From positions 682,001-746,000 of the forward strand of contig MU008171.1 in the NCBI GenBank assembly GCA_010909165.1: a DNA stretch of 64,000 bases, in the 5' to 3' direction. The notes beneath the pieces were generated by a model. It was not told where the DNA came from, searched no databases, and saw only the letters and a program-made list of their open reading frames with translations. The first letter of the stretch is position 1. Every line of letters starts with the position of its first letter. A program made the position numbers and the translations under genes. This DNA comes from Anthoceros angustus. Taxonomy: Eukaryota > Plantae > Anthocerotophyta. Positions 1-12,169 of the stretch are shown one piece after another.

Positions 1-631
1 CACACCTACCTAGCAAATTCACTTCAAAATGGAGTGCACTTAATAGAACATCAACCATGCGTAATGGCTCTGAGGCCACGGACTTCGAGGCTTCCAGGGG
101 CCTGACAAAAGCTCAAGGAGAGAAGCTTCAGCATCTCTTTTCCGTGAGCGGAGCGGCCCTCCTCGGATTGGCGCAGCTTGGCGGCCTGTCCCTTTGGCGT
201 GCTCGGGCCGTCTAGATTGGTGTCCTTTCTGATTGATCTGGCTGCTGTTTCGGAGGAACTTCTGGAGTTGTTGTGGTCGGTGTCGCGGGGCCTAGTGTTT
301 GTGCAAAGCAGGGGTCTTGCGATCTGACTCTGTTTAGGAGGTATGATCTGTGGTTTTCACCTGAAAATGGATCTCAGATGCCCTTGTGGAGATACTTTGC
401 TCTGAGTCTGCACTGCCACCTGATCCAGCTGGATCTAAGGTGCCGCCTCAAAGTTGATTCTTGGAGTTGGTGGGTGGATCTCCTGACCATCTGTGCAGAT
501 TCACCTTCCCCCTGTGGCTCGATTTTGAATGACGTCTTGCTTACTTGTGACGGATGGTGAAGTGCCTTTCGGAGTAACCATGTCGTGGTGCCACATTTGC
601 AGAGGCTCCTTGCCTGGCCCTTTCCTTCATC

Positions 632-1742
632 ATGGTGGCATCTGAGAACGGTCACGCCACTGAGTTGAAGTTTCTTATCTATGGTCGGACTGGTTGGATT
701 GGGGGGCTGTTAGGGAAGTTGTGTGACCAGCAGAAGATAGCCTACGAATATGGGAAGGGTAGGCTGGAGAACAGATCTCAGATCGAAGAGGACATCAAGA
801 GTGTGTCGCCGACACATGTGTTCAATGCAGCGGGCGTAACAGGTCGCCCAAACGTGGACTGGTGCGAGAGTCACAAGGTGGAGACCATCAGGGCTAATGT
901 GGTTGGGACGCTGACCCTCTCTGATGTATGCCGGGAAAATGGACTTCTTCTGATCAACTACGCAACAGGATGCATTTTTGAGTATGATGCTGCTCATTTG
1001 GAAGGCAGTGGCATTGGTTTTAAGGAAGAGGACAAGCCTAATTTCACTGGATCTTTTTATTCCAAGACCAAAGCAATGGTGAGCAAGAAAATGCTGTTTT
1101 GAGTGTGTTCTCACGTTTCTTTTCGTTTGAGCGCTGTGTGCAGTGCCAGCCTATGAATTCAGCGAACGTAGCTACATTGGCAGTATAATGTTTGTTCACG
1201 TCTTTCTGGATTCATTGATCGGTCTTGGTTGCGTTCTGACCTATTTGCGGGCACTGGTGTGATGCTCTAATCCGGTTTTGCACGTGCAGGTTGAGGAGTT
1301 ATTGAAAGAGTTTGACAATGTTTGCACATTGCGTGTGCGGATGCCCATTACTGGGGATCTGACCAATGCCCGTAACTTTGTGACAAAAATTTCCCGCTAT
1401 GAGAAGGTTGTGAACATTCCCAACTCAATGACCATCCTGGATGAGCTGCTGCCAATCTCCATCGAAATGGCCAAACGTAATCTGACTGGCATCTGGAACT
1501 TCACAAATCCTGGTGTCATCAGCCATAATGAAGTCTTGGAGCTGTACAGGGATTATATCGACTCCAGCTTCACTTGGAAGAATTTCAGCCTTGAAGAACA
1601 AGCCAAAGTCATTGTTGCTCCCCGTAGCAACAACGAGTTGGATGCGTCCAAGTTGAAGAAGGAATTTCCGGACCTGCTTTCTATTAAGGAGTCCTTGATC
1701 AAGTATGTGTTTGAGCCTAATAAGAAGACCCTGACTGCTTGA
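632..1742 (+). CDS. UER1: Bifunctional nucleotide-rhamnose 3,5-epimerase/4-reductase (NRS/ER), 2 exons: 632-1078, 1290-1742
   Basis: LKFLIYGRTGWIGGLLGK, VFNAAGVTGRPNVDWCE, FTGSFYSKTKAM|VEELLK and LRVRMPI match plant NRS/ER. GT-AG intron 1079-1289 joins the ORFs in phase 0. Confidence 0.95.
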
Positions 1743-2109
1743 GTTTGAGCAGAAAAGTTCTATCAGGTTTGGGGTTGGAATAAGCAGGTTGGACAGACAA
1801 CGGTAAGGAGCACCGCTCTTGCAAATGGAGGTCTGGAAAACTCTTGGGGTGCCTAGTACTTCTACCCACTGAGGAAGTTGCACGAGGTATAGAATGGGAT
1901 AGGTGTCAGTTAATGGAATGACGCTTGGTTTTGCTCGCGGCTGGTCTTATTTGGCCACACCACACAGAGCGATGGTGCAGCATATTTATTAAGTTTTAAA
2001 AAGTTAGGTTGACATTTTTTTTGTATACAGATCCTCTGCAATGCAAGGTTTGTGAGGCCTTGTGCTACGTAGTGTGTGGTCGACTTGTTAGTGCCCTACG
2101 TGACTGTGC

Positions 2110-2275
2110 CTCCAGACTTAACTTCCAGTGCAGGGTTACTCCAGACCTGACTCCCAGCGCGGAATTATTCCAGATTTAACTCCCAGTGCGGGGTTACTCC
2201 ATATTAAACTCCCAGTGCGGGGTTACTCCAGATTAAACTCCTAGTGCGGGGTTACTCCATATTAAACTCCCAATG
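2110..2275. repeat. 29-bp tandem minisatellite, about 6 copies (CTCCAGATTTAACTCCCAGTGCGGGGTTA)
   Basis: Directly visible head-to-tail copies with few substitutions and no spacers. Confidence 0.9.
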
Positions 2276-3011
2276 CTAGGGAGTACATAGCCTGGAAAAG
2301 CCCTCTTTGATCATGCATTATGTGTACGTAAGTTTTTATTAACCTCTCAACGATGGCCCCATGGGAGCTATTTTTTGAATGGAAAATTGCAGCAAACTGT
2401 TTTAGGAGTTTTTTGGGCCCAAAAATATAAAATACAATTTTGCAAAAATGAGAGCAGGGTTCCACTAAGGATTCTGCTTCCAACGAGCTATCACGTACCC
2501 AAAACACCCCACATCTTGAGCTGTTGAGTCGATTGGCATGCAACCGATTATCCGAGGACACCCTCGCTTCTTTCATTGAATAGTGAGTTTGGCGATCAGA
2601 AACAAGCAGGAGCCAATTTTCAATGCAACCAACGTGCAGGTAAGTGCACACAACATGAAGCATCGGAGAGGAGACCAACAAACTTTCCATTGCAGCGATC
2701 GAAACGCTGAGGTCTAACACAAAACTATTAGGACACTACAACTATAGGCCGACACTGTGGGGGGGATCATCCATGTGCTGCCGCTCCATGTGCACAGCCA
2801 CCATCCCTTGGTTGACATCCGCGTGCCACATGGCCTCCCTACATTGGCTCGAACATCAAATCCGGGATCTTGACTACAGTGAGGTGGTCGTGCGTCATCC
2901 GGAGCGAAGTCATCGCAGAGTAACCCCCCACCTGTCCGGCAGAGAGTGGGGAAGGCGCCGGCTGGCCGGCGCCTGTTTCGGAAGTCCAGTTGATTATGTT
3001 TCAACGGCCCT

Positions 3012-3105
3012 ATCCCAAATCTGGATACAGCTGCAGATAGTGGGGAGGGGCGCCGGTCGGCTGGCGCCCTTCTCCTCTAGCCGCCGCTGTATCCAGATTT
3101 GGGAT
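3012..3105. repeat. 94-nt inverted repeat/hairpin
   Basis: ATCCCAAATCTGGATACAGC (3012-3031) is the exact reverse complement of 3086-3105. The inner arms also pair with mismatches and G-U pairs up to a 2-nt loop. Confidence 0.85.
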
Positions 3106-5299
3106 GAACGTCGTCTGCAAATAAGCTTTGTTTACATGTGAGGAAGTTGCCATGTAAAGGTCGGCGCTGTCTGTGGATTTTCAGGGATACACGCATGCCG
3201 ATATTGAGGAGTCTCTTATATGCAAAGATTGGAGGGGCGGTGTCATCGTCCCTCATGGCATGGAGCAAAGCTGTCTACTGTGGCTATCCCCTCGTGGGGA
3301 CTTCCCGTTCGGTGGCGAGGTGGTTCCTTCCACATGGTGCGGGCATGGTGTTCTGGTGACCACACACGGTATGGCTGGGGGGTTCGGCTGTGAGGCGCCG
3401 GATGTGAACACTTTTTGGCCCTATTCGCCTACCTACAAGTCCATGCTGCAGCTAAAGTGTTTGTGGAATCGCATAAGTCAAAACCGCCACCTTCCACCGC
3501 CGACTGGTCTGCTGGATCATTGCGTGTGTGCACATTATTGTTGCACAGTGGTGGAAACCGACGATGGCCATTAAGGACAAGGGCTGCAATTCCCTGTCAA
3601 TGACGATGGCCATCGAGGATGATGGATGGGAGGTTGCTCTCCCCTCGTCGGCCATCAAGGACCTGGTATGGAGGCCGTCGTCCCTTGGCTCTTGCCGTCT
3701 CTGGGGCATGGCAGTCGTCGTGTGAGCAGGGACGGTTTATACCTCACAATGTGGGGACATATGCTTACCGTAATTAAACATTGGGATGGGAAAGTCCTTC
3801 ATCCTTGATCACTACTTGTACTTCCCATGCTGTCACGCAATAAAACTCGATGACCTGTCTTGTCTGCTTGGCGGAATGGATGGGTATGGTTTGGTGCCCG
3901 TCCATACCGTGACCGTGACAAGTCACCCTTGCGCGCCGCGTCATACGAGTCACGCGTCTTTGAAAGTGGAATAAATCATGTATGGTGATTGGTTTGCAGT
4001 GCTATAGTCTATTGTCTCCTCCCTCCACGGATGCACAAGGCAATCTTTGGTCGTGGAAGATGATTAATGGTAAAATGCGTAATGGGCGCATTGAGGCGGT
4101 GCGCCATGTGGGCAATATAATACATCATGAGTAACGTCTGTAACCAATGGGACATGAAACTTGCTCCCAAGTCTCAAGGTTGTGGTCAGAAAATTGTTGT
4201 GATTATGGGCAAGTAGCATGTGCACATACCGTCGCCAAGAGGAGTAAATGACAACCACTGGGCCTTTGCAAACAAAGCTTTTCAAAATAGCAGCCTTGAA
4301 TTCGGCGGTAGGACTCATGGCACACCTTTCACCCAGAGGAAGCCATTGCCTTGACATGGCACGAAGGTGGTGGACAACCTTCAGGATGGGGAGTATGGCG
4401 AGGTGAAGCTTGCTAGGGAGTCACGGAAGCGCTGCGAACACCACAGTCGGACGGCGTCGCCGACGACAGACCGTATCTGGGTGGGGAGGATGAGGGGGCC
4501 AAATGGCCTCGGGCTATCTCGCTCATCCACACCGGCGGTCTCCATTGTCAGCGGCGATGGAAGCGGCCTCCTCGTCGAAGACGGTCAGCGAGAGGTAAGA
4601 GGCGAGGGGCGACATGGCAGCTGAACCCAGACTTGATTTTGACGACTTTGAGACGTGGAACCTCCCAGCCCCGACGGATGCGGAGTTGGAGCACGCGCGA
4701 GAATTGAAGGAAATAGATGAAGAGCTATTTACATTGGATGAGGTGGGTTTTCGCAGACTGCGTTAACGGCAAGTGACGGCAAAGTGTGCACACGCGTTAA
4801 GTTTGCAGCGGATGAGTGGGCATGGTGGACAAACGGGTAACACATGTGCACGGCATGCCGGCGGCTTCAAGCTTGAGACAAGGGAGGCAACCTTTCGAGG
4901 GAGGCGGTGGCGATTGCTAGAAGGAAGTGGAAATCGTGAAAGGGGCTGGAAATCGTGAAAGGCGATAGTGGGGTCCACGAGTTCCTTCAAAGTAAGATAG
5001 GGAGTGTATGAAAAGATCCTAGAGGTTCAGCTATTGCAAGGAGAACAAGGAAAATGACCATTTTGCTTGACATTGAATTGAAGATGGATCCGATATGGTG
5101 GCCTTTACGAGACGGAAGGAAGGGGTGGAGGCAACGATGGTGCACGAGGTGGTGACATGGACGACGAGGCTATCAAGGAAGGGGCTTGGGAGGAAGGAGG
5201 CCGAGGGGCGAGGGACAACGGACTTTGAATGGGGAAAGGCGACGATGAACAAGGAGCGGGAAGTGGAGGCGAGGCGGTCTTGAGGAAGCATGCAGGAGG

Positions 5300-6990
5300 G
5301 AGGCGGCGGAGGGGAACCAGTGGCAGTGTGGATATTGTGGTGCCGCGACACCACGATCGCCTAGGGTTGGTGGAAGCGCATGCACAGGATTGGGGTCAAT
5401 GGAGGCAGCGAGGGGGTGTCGGTGGGCAAGCAAATAATGGAAAAGAGGTGGAGGGTGCCCGAGACCGCGGTGCCATGTATGGGGAGGGTGGAGGCCGTTG
5501 GGATCGATGGAGTGGCAGCCGATGGAGGCGGGAACAAGGTGTGTGGAGGCGAGTCGGGTGGTGGAGCACGGAGGCGAACCGTCACCGGAAGAAACACACT
5601 TGTGTGCACTATGGACAGCCAAAAATCGCGGGGGACTAGGAGGAGGCGGTGGCGGAGGCCGGACGATGTGGATCACCCAGCGAGCCATGGTGGGCGGGGG
5701 CAAAAGGCGTAACGAACATGAGGCGGATGTCGAGGGGAGAGAGAATGAAGGAGGACTAAGAGGGCAACATGCGGCTTGATATCGGCAAAGGCCAATGCAG
5801 ATGGAGGCCGTTGGGATCGAGATGGAGGCGGGAACAAGGTGTGTGGAGGCGGGAGTCGGGTGGTGGAGCAGAGCCGTCACCAGAAGAAACACACTTGTGT
5901 GCACTATGGACAGCCAAAAATCGCAGGGGACTAGGAGGCGGTGGCGGAGGAGGCGGAGAGTGGATCACCCAGGCGCCATGGTGGGCGGGGGCAAAAGGCG
6001 CGTGAACATGAGGCGGATGTCGAGGGGAGAGAGAATGAAGGAGGACTAAGAGGGCAACATGCAGTGCGGTTGATATCGGCAAAGGCCAATGCAGATGGAG
6101 GCCGAGGGGGCGTGGGGGGCTGCAGAGAACATGGGCCAGAGGAGGCGAGGAGAGGACGATGTGCCTAATTTCGTGCAGACACATACCTTGCAGCCTCGGA
6201 TCGAGAGCATGGACACATAGTGGAGCCCAGTTGAGGCAATGCCACATGATAAAGGGTGGAGGCCGAAGAGGAAACGGGAGGAGGAGTAGAGGAGGCGGCG
6301 GAGGGGAACCAGTGGCAGTGTGGATATTGTGGTGCCCGACACCACGATCGCCTAGGGTTGGTGGAAGCGCATGCACAGGATTGGGGTCAATGGAGGCGGG
6401 AACAAGGTGTGTGGAGGCGGTGGGCAGCAAGCAAATAATGGAAAAGAGGTGGAGGGTGCAGACCGCGGTGACCATGTATGGGGAGGTGGAGGCCGTTGGG
6501 ATCGAGATGGAGGCGAGGGGAGGAGGAACAAGGTGTGTGGAGGCGGGAGTGGTGGTGGAGCACGGAGGCGGGACCATCAGAAACACACTTGTGTGCACTA
6601 TGGACAGCCAAAAATCGCGGGGGACTAGGAGGCGGTGGCGGAGGCAGACGATGGTGGATCACCCCGGCCATGGTGGGCGGGGGCAAAAGGCGCGTAACGA
6701 ACATGAGGCGGATGTCGAGGAGAGAGAATGAAGGAGGACTAAGAGGGCAACATGCAGTGCTTGATATCGGCAAAGGCCAATGCAGATGGAGGCCGAGGGG
6801 GCGTGGGGGGCCGCAGAGAACATGGGCCAGCGGAGGCGAGTCTTGAAGGACGATGTGCCTAATTTCGTGCAGACACATACCTTGCAGCCTCGGATCGAGA
6901 GCATGGACACATAGTGGAGCCCAGTTGAGGCAATGCCACTGTGATAAAGGGTGGAGGCCGAAGAGGAAAGCAGGAGGAGTAGAGGAGGCA
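5300..6990. repeat. Modular segmental tandem duplication (X-Y-Y-Z-X-Y-Z)
   Basis: X (GGAACCAGTGGCAGTGTGGAT...) at ~5300 and ~6292. Y (...AAACACACTTGTGTGCACTATGGACAGCC...) at ~5524, ~5824 and ~6525. Z (...GACGATGTGCCTAATTTCGTGCAGAC...) at ~6104 and ~6795. Confidence 0.9.
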
Positions 6991-7829
6991 CGGCGGTGGG
7001 CAAGTGACAAGGGCACGGCTGCACCGGAAGAAGGAGGACGGAAGAGGAAAATGTCCAGAAGAAGGCGAGAAGAAAGAGGAGGGACCGAGGGAAGGTAAGG
7101 CAAATGGGACTTCTTTGTGGAAACCCATTAACTGGATAACTCATGACGCCATGCTGGTTTGTATGTGCAATGTGTGCTGAGGCGAGGAGGAAGGAGGAAG
7201 TGGCAAAGCTTGCCTCGGCCAACGCAAGTGGGAGGAAGAAGAAAATTGCGAATCGAGCAGGAGGCGGAAGTTTCGTAGGTGCATACGATGGAGTAGGAAG
7301 TGCCTTACATGGAGGCGAGAAAAGCATAAGCCAGATACCAAATCTCCTCCGCACAATCTTGTAGGGGCATAACCTCACGTGATGCGTCACAATAAGGTGA
7401 TAGGTGGGGACAATATCTTCTTGGGCGCCATGGCAGGAAGCCGATGGCTATTGTTGACGTGGGAAGGACAAACCGCAAGCTGGCATGCTATAAAGTAGGG
7501 GTATAAAGGGCCGTCGCTATTTACACGTATAGTAAATACAAAGTATCGTACCATGAATATGTACAGACCAGTGTACGTATGTAATAGGCGTAATATACAA
7601 ACTTATTTTATATGAAATTGAATACGCCCATATAGCACTTAGAATAATACAGTACATTTATCACCGTAGACTACATGCATATAGTACAAGGATGTATTGA
7701 TACATGTATTTGTATATGGTCGTATTGAAGGGCGTATCGGTGGTAACTACCAAGTAAAACGTGGTATTTCAAAGGGCAAAAGTAAAAGGGCAATGGTGGA
7801 TGGGGAGGAGGTTCGGTACCAAGCCTCCA

Positions 7830-8080
7830 AAAGTGTTACAAGACCTCTCTTGTAACACTTTAGATGTTGCAATCATGTTGCAATTTTGAGAGAGGGCAAA
7901 ACCACCTCTCACTTCATCTTAACATAATTGCAACACCATTGCAACATGATTGCAACAATAGCCGTGGTATGGTTTCCAAGCCAAAGTGTAACAAGGGGCC
8001 CAAAAAGTGTTACATGACCCCAAAATTGCAACATGAGTGTTACATCCAGGGGTCCAAATCTTAACATAAAGTGTAACATA
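7830..8080. repeat. Cluster of TGTT(A/G)CA motifs in both orientations, starting with a 14-bp-stem hairpin
   Basis: AAAGTGTTACAAGA-cctc-TCTTGTAACACTTT (7830-7861), followed by about 10 TGTTGCAA/TTGCAACA/GTGTTACA/GTGTAACA motifs. Confidence 0.75.
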
Positions 8081-8940
8081 GGGTGCCCATTTCTAGTAGG
8101 GGATGTTGCGCTCCACCAAGCGCCATGGCTCCTACACCTCTGCCGCTTTCTTGGGTCCCATCCCCACACTCCTTCTGTTCCGCTGTTGAGACGTGAGGCT
8201 CCACAATCTCTCGCTCCTCGGCCGCGGCGTCAGTTGCTTCCCTCGCCAAGTCGAACCGCGCGGAAGGGTGCCTGAGCGATCGAAAAGACAACGCCAGAGA
8301 GCCGGGTGTCTGAGCGCGAGAGAGTGCGAAAATCGCTGCAAAGTTGTTTGGAAGAATGACCTCCGCCTCGCTTCTCTCCGTCGTGAGTAACGTTGCCCTG
8401 GCCGCCCACTGCCTCCCTCAAACCTTGCTGCAACTTGCTTTGGCGAACATCCACTCCTTCCACCCGCAAGTTGTAGTCTCCTTCATGCCAAGACCGGTGA
8501 ACGCCTTCACTTTGGCACCGCCTCCAAGGCTCGACTCACACCGTGAGCGGCTCAACATGTTTTTGAGGGCACGCTTTTGATTCCTTGAGATGCCTAATGT
8601 CTCCTCCTCATCGAGGAAGCCATGTCACTCCAACACCGAGCACCTCAAGACCCACTCCAGATACACCGCATGTGCACACATTTGCATTAAGCCGGCTCAA
8701 CTTCTTCATGACAAGACACGAAGGCGGCTCTTAGTCCGTAATTGCCGGGGCTGCATGGCTTACTCGCCTTACGCCCGCTTACCGCCTTACACCGCCGCAG
8801 TACCGAGCGTGAATACCGCCATAACGGCCACGGCAACCGTCCGTGCTGCATGCTCTACCACTCGATCCCAGTCACGTGCGCCTTGCCTAAACCACGCTCC
8901 GACTCCTGAGTTACTTTACTTGGCGTACTTATCCCATCCT

Positions 8941-9120
8941 ACTCCGGAGTGTGGTCCGGACTTACCCTGACATTTCTGTGCGCGAACCGGCCCGCCCCTC
9001 CGGTGTGCAGTCCGTGGCTCCTCCGGAGTGCACTCCGGAGTCCTTCAACCTACTCCGGAGGGTAGTCCGGAGTACTCCAAACCTATTCCTTCCTTTCCGC
9101 CTTATTTTCTACTCCGGACC
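8941..9120. repeat. TCCGGA palindrome cluster
   Basis: Seven TCCGGA in about 180 bp, including the perfect 20-bp palindrome CTCCGGAGTGCACTCCGGAG (9021-9040). Confidence 0.8.
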
Positions 9121-9170
9121 TACAAAAAAAAAAACAAAACCCAACTCATTTCCTAAATCCGAGGAGAGTC

Positions 9171-10060
9171 TGTAGCCCACAACCACCCAAGGGAGGTTGT
9201 ATGTGGAAGGCCTCCTATAAGAGGAGGAGGATTTCACAAAGTAAAGTATAATGTCTTGCGCTTCCATACTCGTGAGTCCTTTGCTCTTGTAAAGGAATTT
9301 CGTCGGTGAGCCAGTACGTAGAGAGGAAGTCGCGGTGGTCGAGTGCTTGGTGGGGGCTTGCTCGCAAGTGCCTAAACGAGTTGCTCCCCTTGTGAATGGT
9401 TGCCGTGAAATTGCTTTGCTTTGGGTGTGTGGCAATGCCCAGGGAACTCTCGGCTTGAGGGTAGACTACAGAGAAAGACTCCCTGGAGGTTCTTGCTGTC
9501 TGGTGTCAAACTCATAGCAACCGGCCCAAGGAAGAACTCGCTGGTGGAGGCCGACCCCAGGCAGTTGTGCCGTAAGGGCGAGCCGAGACCAGTAAGCCTG
9601 AACTGAGGTTAGAATAGGAGGAAGAGGAGGAGACGAGTAGAGGAATAGAGTGTAGGCATTAGTGGAAGGCCACAGGCAGAGCCTAAGGGACGAATCCCAA
9701 ATCTGCAAGTAAAAGGGCACTCCCTGAGTGGGGAAGAGTGGTCTTAGAAGTAGGGACGAAATTGCGGTGCGGATCAGGGGGTCCCTGGGCGCCCATGATA
9801 GGCTCCTCGCTGTTGAGGCCGGACCTACAATTGTGGTGTCGTTGTAGGTCGGGGATTGGTGATTTTTCCGAGCAGTGCAAGCGGTGCAACTGCTGTAAGA
9901 GGGAGAGTAGAGGGCGCCTTGCTTGTTTAGGAGGCTGAGGTATTGTGTCATTGCAGGTAGCGATCGTTTCCTACAAGACTCCGAGCTTTCACACAGGTCT
10001 CATGGGACGAAACCCAACGTACGAAGCGACAGTGGGATAAGTGTGGCCGCTAGAGGGGGA
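9171..10060 (+). mobile_element. Possible solo or truncated LTR with a degenerate PBS-like motif
   Basis: Starts TGTAG, has a CCTATAAG TATA-like box at ~9214, and ends near TGGCCGCTAGAGGGGG (~10044), which loosely resembles the Tat-type PBS TGGCGCTAGAAGG. No second LTR or TSD found. Confidence 0.25.
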
Positions 10061-10324
10061 AGCCTCGGAAGCCCCGGGGTTTTCCCTCCCACAGTGGTTG
10101 GGGAGAAGTTCGTTAATTCCGATAAACCGGACAGAAACCCCCGAAGTAGTTAGAATTAACAGGCTGAGAGTGAGGCACAATACATTCCCTTGGGATCGAA
10201 CCACATACTACACGATATGGGACATAGTGTGCGCTGGCTCGTCCGCCAGCAAAAGTACATCTACAATAGTCTTTGGCGCAAGATTACCAGTTGAAAAAAT
10301 AAAATAAAAGTAAAGGGAGATCCG

Positions 10325-11190
10325 GTAAGACGTTTCACCTCGAGCCACAGCAGTAGCCAGAACAAAGAGCTTAGAAAAGCCACTAGATGGATCTTCATTA
10401 TCATTATCAAGTAACAAATCTCGCGCTGTAGACCTCGTACGAAGGAGGCCGGCGCGCTCAGATACGGGGATGATTACAAATTTTTCAAACCACTAAAAGG
10501 ATGGCACCCCACCCCGGTACTGATATGCCTGCATGCTGCTTAACAGTGAAGTTCTTATCTTAGCTGGTGTATGTACACCCCCGTCTTGGGAGAAAGTAGT
10601 CCTTGAGGTGCTCAAACACTATGCCCGACAGCGCGGTAGAGGATATACATGGAGTTGTATGCACAACAACCCAATTAAGGGAGAAATGGTCCTCAGGGGC
10701 ATGTAATCGAATATGTCATGGGGAGTCGAATCCCTGGGGGTTGCATGGAGGGTCTAAAGCGCTAGCAATAGTCTCCTCAAAAGCAGGGGCCATGGGAAGC
10801 GGGCGAAGGGCCCAAGCTGTGCGGACATATTCACCCGCTTGGCCCAACGCCCTACAATGCCGGAGGTTTGCCGCACCACCTTGGATCTGGTCCGCCTTTT
10901 GTGTAGATTTTGGCCGAGCCTTGGAAGCACGTAGCGCCTCTTCTTGAAGGGATAGTAGGGCACTTGCCCGAAAGCATTAGAGACTTTTTGCAACCTTCTA
11001 TTGACTAGTCGTGACACCCCTATTATGCCGCAAGCACCAACGAGGGAGATGCAAAATTAGGCACCATGCCGCCTCATCCTAAAGGTCCCGTGCAAGACAG
11101 TCCAAGGGAAAACGGAACGCAAGATGGGCCTCATCATAAGGATGCCTGGGAAACCGATGAAATATATAGGGAAGGAACGCGAGTCTCAAA
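10325..11190 (-). mobile_element. Decayed CRE-like (RLE-type) non-LTR retrotransposon fragment, region N-terminal to and at the start of RT
   Basis: Manual translation across stops and frameshifts: FHRFPRHPYDEAHLAFRFPLDCLARDL*DEAAWCLILHLPRWCL ... LRHCRALGQAGEYVRTAWALRPLPMAPAFEETI ... SSTALSGIVFEHLKDYF ... EDPSSGFSKLFVLATAVARG. This resembles CRE-clade motifs (GE.SRA..AL...APA..ET..L; S.GPSG..FEHL). Confidence 0.6.
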
Positions 11191-12169
11191 CATCATATGA
11201 CGATAAAGGAACACCTAGAAGAATTGCTTTGCGATCAGGTGCCTCTGAAGCAAAGTTGGTGAAGAACGCAAGACATACTTGGAAAAACTTAGCGAACTTG
11301 CAAAAATTTGTTCTCTTGGATTTTTTCTTCGTCGAAGAAATTAGAATCCTATGCACTCTTACAAAAGGCCTTTTCTCTCGTGATAATATTTAAAATCCTC
11401 TACATTCTTACAAAAGGCGTCACCTTGGATTCAATGTCGAACGTCATAACCACTACTCTATGGACCTTAACTCCTTCCACATTTTCATACAAAACATCAT
11501 TTTATTCTCAACTATAGCATAGCATACTAATATATTCTCATAACCCTTGGTTATATTTATTCTCATATTCAAAATCTATCACAACTTTTATCATCCTACA
11601 TGTGCGTCTATCTAAAAAATACTCCACACAGTATTTTTTATACATATATGTTTTTCACTTACGTAAGGCAACATATTACCTTGAGTTCCATTCCCCACGT
11701 TCTTGCTGTGTGATTTGCCAAGTGTCATCTGTTTTGTAACATCCAATCAATTATTCTTTGTATACAAGCATGCTTACTTCGTTATCTTTCCTTTCACATG
11801 TTTCATGTCTCAGGCATCTTGGTGGTCAATTGGCTCACATCCAATCTGCAGAATTTGGTTATTGCATGTTATTTTTTACAACTGCTCACTATTATGCACC
11901 TGATTAGCTTCTACCATCGATGGTAGCTTCCATTATTTCTCATCTCGATGTTAAGAAGTCTTAGAACATACTTTGCGCCCAAAGATTACACCTTCAATAT
12001 TATGTGCAGATTTTAAAAGCCTTCATATAATAGGGCAATGTATAATAGTGACAAAATGTGTGAACATGATACAAGAGTACTTTAAATTGCAAATCCTATC
12101 CTGGAAGGATTCGCATGCATTCAGAACTAATATTGTTGGAGTTTGGTGTCGACACAACACTTGTTTCAA

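Noticed and set aside
2110-2275. CRISPR-like array (29-bp repeats)
   Set aside because: Units are contiguous with no unique spacers, there are no cas genes, and the context is eukaryotic.
5173-7390. Long Pro/His- or Gly/Arg-rich ORFs (190-280 aa)
   Set aside because: They arise from GC-rich duplicated modules, and the frames shift between copies.
2734-8478. CACTA element bounded by CACTACAACT (2734) and AGTTGTAGTC (~8469)
   Set aside because: The right end lacks the terminal G of TAGTG, there is no 3-bp TSD and no transposase was recognised; likely chance.
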